NCBI GenBank assembly: GCA_043827405.1
Contig: JBDRPD010000082.1
Location: forward strand, 1 to 21,129
DNA: 21,129 nt
DNA from: Elusimicrobiota bacterium
Lineage (GTDB): Bacteria; Elusimicrobiota; Elusimicrobia; UBA1565
Direction: 5' to 3'
Each line of letters starts with the position of its first letter. The stretch's first letter is position 1. Under the pieces are notes generated by a model. It was not told where the DNA came from. It saw nothing but the letters and a program-made list of their open reading frames with translations, and made no database searches. The position numbers and the translations under genes are program-made. Shown piece after piece: positions 1 through 5,982 of the stretch.

Positions 1-140
1 AGTTCCTCGTCCCAAAACAGCAGGTAGGCCGCGAGCTTGAGCCCCAGGTGCTCGGGCGTCTCATTCTCAACCGCGGCCAGCACCAGCTTGCGCGAGGCGC
101 TGTTGACCTGGAGATCGGCGCGGATTTTCAGCGGGAACAT
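1..140 (-). CDS. YaeQ-like protein, N-terminal part (runs off the window start)
   Basis: Not in the ORF track. Manual translation from ATG at 140-138 gives [46 protein letters not shown], which resembles the YaeQ 'LTLARHPSET.ER...RLLA...DE.L' segment. Confidence 0.65.
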   Translation of the reverse strand, partial: MFPLKIRADLQVNSASRKLVLAAVENETPEHLGLKLAAYLLFWDEE

Positions 141-248
141 CAGAGGAAGGCCAGGGCGAAAACGGTCGCGAAGATCGGCACGGGCAAAGGATACTACTTC
201 CTATCCGCTAGCTCCAAATTCGCCGGCACGCGCGTCGTTCTTTTGCGA

Positions 249-254
249 TATAAT
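249..254 (+). promoter_or_regulatory. Putative -10 box for the phosphoketolase gene
   Basis: TATAAT lies 42 nt upstream of ATG 297. A GGAGG Shine-Dalgarno is at 285-289. No clear -35. Confidence 0.5.
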
Positions 255-296
255 CGAGCGACGCTGAGGACTCTCGATTCGCATGGAGGATCGGCC

Positions 297-2723
297 ATGG
301 CAAGAAAAAGAAACACTGCAAAGAGCGGGCGCAGCCTGCGCGCAAAAAAGCGCGCGCACCGCGGGCTCACCACCGCCGAGGCCAAGGCTATTGACGCTTA
401 CTGGCGGGCGGCCAACTATCTGTCGGTCGGCCAGATATACCTCTTCGATAATCCATTATTAAAAGAGCCTCTTAAGCTCAAGCATATCAAGCCGCGGCTG
501 CTCGGCCATTGGGGGACCACTCCCGGCCTCAACTTCATCTACGCGCATCTCAACAGAATCATCAGCCAGCGCGATCTCAGCATGATCTATCTGGCTGGTC
601 CGGGCCACGGCGGACCCGCGCTGGTGGCGAACACGTATTTAGAGGGGTCTTACAGCGAGTTCTATCCGCATATCGGACAGGACGCCGATGGGATGCGCAA
701 GCTCTTCAAGCAATTCTCCTTCCCCGGCGGGATTCCGAGTCACGTCGCCCCAGAGACTCCCGGCTCCATCCACGAAGGCGGCGAGCTCGGCTACGTCGTC
801 TCACACGCCTTCGGCGCGGTATTCGATAATCCCGATCTTATCGCGGCCTGCGTGGTCGGCGACGGCGAAGCGGAGACGGGCCCGCTCGCCGCTTCGTGGC
901 ACTCCAATAAGTTTCTAAACCCCGCGACCGACGGCGCGGTCCTGCCGATACTGCACCTAAACGGCTACAAGATCGCCAACCCCGCCGTGCTGGCCCGCAT
1001 CAGCCATGAGGAGCTGGAGGCATTTTTTCGCGGCTGCGGGTACGACCCATATTTTGTTGAAGGCTCCGATCCTGCGCGCATGCACCGGATCATGGCGGAA
1101 ACGCTGGACGAAGTGTTCGACAACATCCGAGATATCCAGGCACAGGCGCGCGCCGGCGGCAAGGTCGGTCGTCCGCGCTGGCCGATGATCGTTCTGCGCT
1201 CGCCCAAGGGCTGGACAGGGCCCAAACAGGTGGACGGCAAGAAGACCGAGGATTTCTGGCGTTCCCATCAGGTCCCGCTGTCCAAGCTGACGGAGAAGCG
1301 TTCGCACCTCAAGCTATTGGAAAAATGGCTGAAGAGTTATCACCCGGAGGAGCTCTTCGACAAAGCAGGCCGGCCGATCGGCCAGCTCTTGGAACTGGCG
1401 CCCAAGGGAGCGCGACGCATGGGGGCCAACCCGCACGCTAACGGCGGGCTGCTGCTTAAGGATCTGCGGATGCCCGATTTCCGGGATTACGCGGTCAAGG
1501 TGTCGAAGCCGGGCGCAGCGATGGACGAGTCGACGCGCGTCATGGGGAGGTTTCTGCGCGATGTGATGAAGTCCAATATGGACCGCCGCAACTTCCGCGT
1601 GGTGGGGCCGGACGAGACCGCGTCCAACCGCCTAAGCGCGCTTTTCGAAGTGACCGACCGCACCTGGCTCGATCGGACCATTCCGGAGGACGATCATCTG
1701 GCTCCCGACGGCCGCGTGATGGAGATTCTCAGCGAGCACACATGTCAGGGCTGGCTGGAAGGGTATCTCTTGACCGGTCGGCACGGGCTATTCTCCTGCT
1801 ATGAGGCGTTCATCCATATCGTGGACTCGATGTTCAACCAGCACGCCAAGTGGCTCAAGGTCACCCGGGACGAGATCCCATGGCGGAGGCCGATCGCCTC
1901 GTTAAACTATCTGCTGACTTCACATGTATGGCGCCAGGATCACAACGGATTCAGCCACCAGGACCCGGGCTTCATCGATCACGTAGTCAACAAGAAGGCG
2001 GACGTCGTCCGCGCCTACTTCCCGCCGGACGCGAACTGCTTATTATCGGTAACCGATCACTGTCTTCGCAGCCGCAACTACGTGAACGTGATCGTAGCCG
2101 GCAAGCAGCCGCAGCCGCAGTGGCTCGACATGGACGCCGCGGTCAAGCATTGCACCAAAGGAATCGGTATCTGGGAGTGGGCCAGCAACGACCGGGGCTC
2201 GGAGCCGGACGTGGTCATGGCATGCTGCGGGGACGTGCCGAGCTTAGAGACCTTGGCGGCGGTGGAGATCCTGCAGCGGCAGTTCCCCCCCCTGAAGATC
2301 CGCGTGATCAATGTGGTGGATCTGATGACTCTGCAGAGTCAAGACGAACATCCGCACGGACTTTCGGATCGAGAGTTCGACGCGCTCTTCACCAAGACAA
2401 AGCCGATCATCTTCGCCTATCACGGCTATCCCTGGCTGATTCACCGCCTGACCTACCGGCGGTCCAACCATAACAACCTGCACGTGCGCGGCTACAAAGA
2501 GGAGGGGACCACGTCGACGCCGTTTGATATGGTGGTTCTCAACGACCTTGACCGCTTTCACCTGGTGGAGGATGTGATCGACCGCGTTCCGCAGCTGGGA
2601 TCGGTGGCGGCCTACGTCAAGCAAGCCATGCGCGATAAGCTTATCGAGCACAAGCAGCACATCGCGAAGCACGGCATCGATATGCCCGAGATTCGCGACT
2701 GGATATGGAAGGGTGGCAAGTAG
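297..2723 (+). CDS. xfp: Xylulose-5-phosphate/fructose-6-phosphate phosphoketolase
   Basis: Family motifs [43 protein letters not shown], ThDP-binding GDGEAETG...[35 protein letters not shown] and GYKEEGTT. Start reassigned to ATG 297 (GGAGG 7 nt upstream) instead of 48. Confidence 0.97.
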   Translation: MARKRNTAKSGRSLRAKKRAHRGLTTAEAKAIDAYWRAANYLSVGQIYLFDNPLLKEPLKLKHIKPRLLGHWGTTPGLNFIYAHLNRIISQRDLSMIYLAGPGHGGPALVANTYLEGSYSEFYPHIGQDADGMRKLFKQFSFPGGIPSHVAPETPGSIHEGGELGYVVSHAFGAVFDNPDLIAACVVGDGEAETGPLAASWHSNKFLNPATDGAVLPILHLNGYKIANPAVLARISHEELEAFFRGCGYDPYFVEGSDPARMHRIMAETLDEVFDNIRDIQAQARAGGKVGRPRWPMIVLRSPKGWTGPKQVDGKKTEDFWRSHQVPLSKLTEKRSHLKLLEKWLKSYHPEELFDKAGRPIGQLLELAPKGARRMGANPHANGGLLLKDLRMPDFRDYAVKVSKPGAAMDESTRVMGRFLRDVMKSNMDRRNFRVVGPDETASNRLSALFEVTDRTWLDRTIPEDDHLAPDGRVMEILSEHTCQGWLEGYLLTGRHGLFSCYEAFIHIVDSMFNQHAKWLKVTRDEIPWRRPIASLNYLLTSHVWRQDHNGFSHQDPGFIDHVVNKKADVVRAYFPPDANCLLSVTDHCLRSRNYVNVIVAGKQPQPQWLDMDAAVKHCTKGIGIWEWASNDRGSEPDVVMACCGDVPSLETLAAVEILQRQFPPLKIRVINVVDLMTLQSQDEHPHGLSDREFDALFTKTKPIIFAYHGYPWLIHRLTYRRSNHNNLHVRGYKEEGTTSTPFDMVVLNDLDRFHLVEDVIDRVPQLGSVAAYVKQAMRDKLIEHKQHIAKHGIDMPEIRDWIWKGGK

Positions 2724-2755
2724 CGGGACGAACCCGCGCGTTCGCAGGCCGGCCC

Positions 2756-2783
2756 TTGACAGAAAGTTACAGCCTGCTATAAT
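2756..2783 (+). promoter_or_regulatory. Perfect-consensus sigma70 promoter with extended -10
   Basis: TTGACA (2756-2761), 16-bp spacer, TG at 2775-2776, TATAAT (2778-2783). Predicted TSS about 2790. Confidence 0.88.
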
Positions 2784-2788
2784 CATAG

Positions 2789-2834
2789 AAGTCACGGAGG
2801 CTCGCGCCAAGGCGCGGGCGGCGTGGCTTTTTTT
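2789..2834 (+). terminator. Long hairpin followed by T7 (intrinsic-terminator-like)
   Basis: AAGTCACG/CGTGGCTT lower stem, internal loop, GCTCGCGC/GCGCGGGC upper stem, then TTTTTTT at 2828-2834. Confidence 0.6.
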
Positions 2835-2857
2835 GCGGTACGGGGCGGACCAAACAT

Positions 2858-2944
2858 ATGAAACAGCTTATTACTCGGAGCGCGTTCTACGCATGCGATT
2901 TCGTCATGGGTAATATGCGTCCCGGCAAGGGGGTGCCGATGTAG
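2858..2944 (+). CDS. Putative leader peptide, 28 aa (MKQLITRSAFYACDFVMGNMRPGKGVPM)
   Basis: ATG 2858 to TAG 2944, with an A-rich start context (CAAACAT-ATG-AAA) and G-rich weak SD (GGGGCGGA). It lies between a strong promoter and a terminator, and its last codons are complementary to the terminator's 5' flank. Confidence 0.6.
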   Translation: MKQLITRSAFYACDFVMGNMRPGKGVPM

Positions 2945-2975
2945 AAGGACCCGGCACTTAAGCCGTACCGGCGCC

Positions 2976-3008
2976 CCCATGCTCCAAATCAGGAGTGTGG
3001 GTTTTTTT
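2976..3008 (+). terminator. Intrinsic terminator (attenuator) upstream of the tRNA-like RNA
   Basis: CCCATGCTCC-AAATCA-GGAGTGTGGG, a 10-bp stem with two G-U pairs, followed by T7 (3002-3008). Confidence 0.82.
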
Positions 3009-3027
3009 ATGCACAGCTTTACACGAT

Positions 3028-3101
3028 TACGGAGTCGTCGAAGCGGAAAGACAGCGGCCGCAAGGCTGAAAATACGGGTTCGAATCCCGTCTCTGTAATC
3101 A
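3028..3101 (+). ncRNA. tRNA-like RNA lacking a canonical anticodon loop (GCAA tetraloop instead)
   Basis: Acceptor TACGGAG/CTCTGTA, extendable to 10 bp (3025-3034/3091-3100). U8; D arm GTC...GAC with A14 and GG in the loop; stem CGGCC-GCAA-GGCTG; perfect T arm ACGGG-TTCGAAT-CCCGT; 3' end ATCA rather than NCCA. Confidence 0.82.
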
Positions 3102-3123
3102 GAATTTTGCAGGAAACAGATCT

Positions 3124-3155
3124 GGGGACCGCACCCCCCGTGGCTTGCGGTCCCC
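3124..3155. terminator. Hairpin between the tRNA-like RNA and the convergent mscS stop
   Basis: Perfect 10-bp inverted repeat GGGGACCGCA / TGCGGTCCCC with a 12-nt loop. U-tracts are weak on both strands. Confidence 0.6.
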
Positions 3156-3160
3156 GCAAT

Positions 3161-4273
3161 TTAGCCGGGGATATTCTGGATCGAAACCGGGCTGCCGACG
3201 TGGACGGTCTGGGTGGGGAAGGCGATCTCCACGCCGAGCGCCTGCATCTCGCGCACGATGCTGAGGAAGAACTTCTGCTTGGCATCGAGGAACTCCGCCC
3301 ATTTGGTGGTGCGGGTGAAGCAGTAGATGAGGATGTCGAGCGAGTGCGGCCCGAAGTTGTCGAAGTTGACGAGGAAGAAATCTTTGCGGATATTGTCGTC
3401 GGTCTTGATGAGCTCGCGGATTTTATTAACCGCCGCCTCGATCTTGTCGGCGGGGGTGTTATAGGTCAGCCCGAGACGGAAGGTAATCCGCCGCTTGTTC
3501 ATGCGCGACCAGTTATTAATGATCGAGGTCGTAAACATCATATTGGGAACCGTAACCAAGCTATTGGCGAAGGTCCGCACCCGGGTGGTGCGCAAACCGA
3601 TCTCCTCCACCGTCCCCTCGCAGGACGGCATCTCGATCCAGTCTCCGACCCGGAACGGCCGGTCGAATAGAACGACGATAGAGCCGAACAGGTTGGACAG
3701 GCTGTCCTTGGCCGCCAAAGCGACCGCGGCGCCGCCGAGGCCGAAACCGGCCAGCAGGCTGCCGACCGAGTAGCCCATGTTCTGCAGGAACAAGATGCCG
3801 CCGATGATGAGGAGAAAGACCTTCAGCGACTTCTGTACTATCGGCAGCAGCTGCTCGTCAAGGCCGAAGGCGGTCTTCTTGGCGTGCTTGGCCCATTCGA
3901 CGAAAACACCATCGATGACTCGCAGACAGAGCCAGAGCGTGAACAGAACCGTTACCGAACGAAAGCCCGCGTAGAGAAAGCGCCGGAAGTCGACCGGCTC
4001 AGTCGGGACCGGCAGGGAGTGAATGGCCAGGTAGAGGCCGAGCGCGAGCAGGGCCAGCGGCAGCGGCTTGCGCACGACCTCGATCACGACATCGTCGAGG
4101 CGGGTCTTGGTCTTATCGGCCGCCCGCGACAGGCCGTCGAGGAACTTCTCGCACAGCCGGCGCGACACGAAGCCGGCGAAGACGAAGAACAACGCCAGCA
4201 GGTACTGGTAGACGGCAATGCCGAAATAGGGTTGGCTCAGGAAACGTCCGGCCGCGTGCGCGAATTCCTGCAT
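3161..4273 (-). CDS. mscS: Small-conductance mechanosensitive channel, MscS family (YnaI-like, extra N-terminal TM helices)
   Basis: SLLAGFGLGGAAVALAAKDSLSNLFGS, DRPFRVGDWI, GTVEEIGLRTTRVRTF, VTVPN and IAFPTQTVH motifs; about 5 hydrophobic helices. Confidence 0.95.
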   Translation of the reverse strand: MQEFAHAAGRFLSQPYFGIAVYQYLLALFFVFAGFVSRRLCEKFLDGLSRAADKTKTRLDDVVIEVVRKPLPLALLALGLYLAIHSLPVPTEPVDFRRFLYAGFRSVTVLFTLWLCLRVIDGVFVEWAKHAKKTAFGLDEQLLPIVQKSLKVFLLIIGGILFLQNMGYSVGSLLAGFGLGGAAVALAAKDSLSNLFGSIVVLFDRPFRVGDWIEMPSCEGTVEEIGLRTTRVRTFANSLVTVPNMMFTTSIINNWSRMNKRRITFRLGLTYNTPADKIEAAVNKIRELIKTDDNIRKDFFLVNFDNFGPHSLDILIYCFTRTTKWAEFLDAKQKFFLSIVREMQALGVEIAFPTQTVHVGSPVSIQNIPG

Positions 4274-4347
4274 GACGGGTCCAGTGTACTTAATTTGCCC
4301 GCCGCGGAGGCAAGCGGGGTTGCAGACCCGATTTCATATACTGACTC

Positions 4348-5301
4348 ATGCGCCAAACGCTTGCCTGCCTCGCGCTCGCCCTGCTCTCGGCCGCCTGCGT
4401 CCCCCGCGTACAGAAGCCCGGCGCGGAGCGCGCGGCGCCGGCGCTGACGGACAGCGCCTACCTCACCGCCGACGGCAAGAGCCTACCCCTCGCGCGCTGG
4501 ACGCCGGAAGGCCCGCCCCAGGCCGTCGTCGTCGCGGTGCACGGCTTCAACGACTACCGCCGAGCTTTTAATGGGACCGGCGCCTTCCTGGCCGAGCGCG
4601 GCATCCTCACTCTGGCCTACGACCAGCGCGGCTTCGGCGAGAACGAGGACGCCGGCATCTGGACCCCGGGCGACGTGCTCGCCGACGATCTCCTGGGACT
4701 GCTCGCCCTGGTGCGCGCCGCGCATCCGGACGTCCCGGTCTACGTCCTCGGGATGAGCATGGGCGGCGCCGTGTCGCTGCACGCGCTGAGCCGCAGCACC
4801 GCGCCCCCCGACGGCGTCGTTCTCGTCGCCCCGGCCGTCTGGGGCTGGTCGACGATGAATCCGTTCTACAAAGCGACCCTCTGGCTCGCCGCCCACACCG
4901 TCCGCGGCTGGCGCCCTTCGGGCCGGAGCCTGCATATCAAGGCCTCGGACAATGTGGAGATGCTGCGCGCGCAGGGGCGCGACCCCTACATCATCAAGAA
5001 AACGCGCATCGACGCCGTTTACGGGCTCGTCGGCCTCATGGACGACGCGCTCGAAGCCGCGCCGAAGCTTAAGCTTCCCATCCTGCTCCTTTACGGCGGG
5101 AACGACCAGATCATCCCGGCGCGCTCCATGCAGGCGCTGCGCCGGCGGCTCGGGAAGCATGAATACAAGTTCTACTCCGACGGGTACCACATGCTGCTGC
5201 GCGATCTCGACGGCGCCAAGGTTTTGGCTGATGTCGCCCGCTGGCTGGAGGACGGCTACTCGCCGTCGAAGAGCCCGTCGAGGGTGCCGCGGGCGTTGTA
5301 G
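4348..5301 (+). CDS. Lipoprotein alpha/beta-hydrolase (lysophospholipase/monoglyceride lipase family)
   Basis: Signal peptide with lipobox-like LSAAC; VHGFNDY, YDQRGFG, nucleophile GMSMG, acid GGNDQII and His in GYHMLL. Confidence 0.9.
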   Translation: MRQTLACLALALLSAACVPRVQKPGAERAAPALTDSAYLTADGKSLPLARWTPEGPPQAVVVAVHGFNDYRRAFNGTGAFLAERGILTLAYDQRGFGENEDAGIWTPGDVLADDLLGLLALVRAAHPDVPVYVLGMSMGGAVSLHALSRSTAPPDGVVLVAPAVWGWSTMNPFYKATLWLAAHTVRGWRPSGRSLHIKASDNVEMLRAQGRDPYIIKKTRIDAVYGLVGLMDDALEAAPKLKLPILLLYGGNDQIIPARSMQALRRRLGKHEYKFYSDGYHMLLRDLDGAKVLADVARWLEDGYSPSKSPSRVPRAL

Positions 5302-5840
5302 GTGCCGGGGAAGGGCGCGGGCTTGAGCCGGAGGCCCACATCGCGCAGGCGGTTGAGCAGGGACGGCGCGCCGCCGCCCTCGGCGTTCTTCATTAAAACC
5401 GCGATGCGCTGCCCCCATACCGGCCTGAGCCGCTCCATCCCGGAGAGGACCTCCTCGAACTGGTCCGGCCGGGCCAGCGAGTTGGCCAAGAGCAGAGCCG
5501 CCGCCTGATCCGGCTCGAGCGCTTTTTTGCCGAGCCCGCCGGTGACCTTCTGCGCCGTAGTGCGGCCGGAACCGGTATGCAAAATTGCATTCTGCAGGTA
5601 CTCTCCAACCTGCTCCGGCCGGGTCATGGTCGCCACCTTCTGCAGATGGGTGGCGAAATTGCCCAGCATCTCGGCGGCGAAAAACGGCTGCTGGCTGAGC
5701 GAGACGGCCAGCGAGTTGACATAGGCCGGCACGAAAGGGCCCGTGGGCGCCTTCACCGGGGTCTTGATCGGGGGAAGCAGAGCGATGGCGGCGCCGGCGG
5801 GCGCCGAGAGTGCCGTGATTAGGAGGAGCGCGAGCTTCAT
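5256..5840 (-). CDS. Secreted hypothetical protein, 194 aa
   Basis: Signal peptide MKLALLLITALSAPAGA and natural amino-acid composition. The 3' end overlaps the hydrolase 3' end by 46 nt. No recognisable domain. Confidence 0.75.
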   Translation of the reverse strand: MKLALLLITALSAPAGAAIALLPPIKTPVKAPTGPFVPAYVNSLAVSLSQQPFFAAEMLGNFATHLQKVATMTRPEQVGEYLQNAILHTGSGRTTAQKVTGGLGKKALEPDQAAALLLANSLARPDQFEEVLSGMERLRPVWGQRIAVLMKNAEGGGAPSLLNRLRDVGLRLKPAPFPGTYNARGTLDGLFDGE

Positions 5841-5942
5841 ACCTAAATGATACCCGGATGCCGCCGCCCGGGGAGGGGCCTAAGGCCCGGCCGATTCACG
5901 TCGGATGACCCAGGCAGGAATGGGACCTTTTCCGTGCGGGTC

Positions 5943-5971
5943 TTGACGCTGTCATTGGCTATGGCTACTCT
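5943..5971 (+). promoter_or_regulatory. Putative sigma70 promoter of the histidine kinase
   Basis: TTGACG (5943-5948), 17 bp, TACTCT (5966-5971), ending 11 nt before ATG 5983. Confidence 0.5.
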
Positions 5972-5982
5972 ACAGTTACAGC

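Noticed and set aside
48..296. 83-aa N-terminal extension of the phosphoketolase in the ORF track
   Set aside because: It overlaps the opposite-strand YaeQ-like gene, and ATG 297 has a GGAGG SD and an upstream TATAAT.
2790..3008. T-box or known metabolite riboswitch
   Set aside because: I found no T-box AGGGTGGNACCGCG antiterminator motif or recognisable aptamer consensus. An Rfam search is needed to exclude this formally.
3028..3101. Canonical tRNA-Cys(GCA), or tmRNA/Y RNA
   Set aside because: There is no 7-nt loop with U33 before GCA, the discriminator would be A rather than the U typical of Cys, and no CCA is encoded. It lacks a tag-reading region and G3:U70, and the topology is an unpermuted cloverleaf. 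A decayed tRNA cannot be fully excluded.
3025..3160. tRNA-derived attachment site of an integrated element
   Set aside because: No integrase, no second copy of the tRNA 3' end noticed in the window, and the flanking genes are ordinary chromosomal genes.
2713..3302. Track ORFs 2713-2913 (+), 2792-2980 (-), 3019-3285 (-) and 3099-3302 (-)
   Set aside because: They run through the promoter, terminators and tRNA-like structure, lack credible starts and have no protein-like features.
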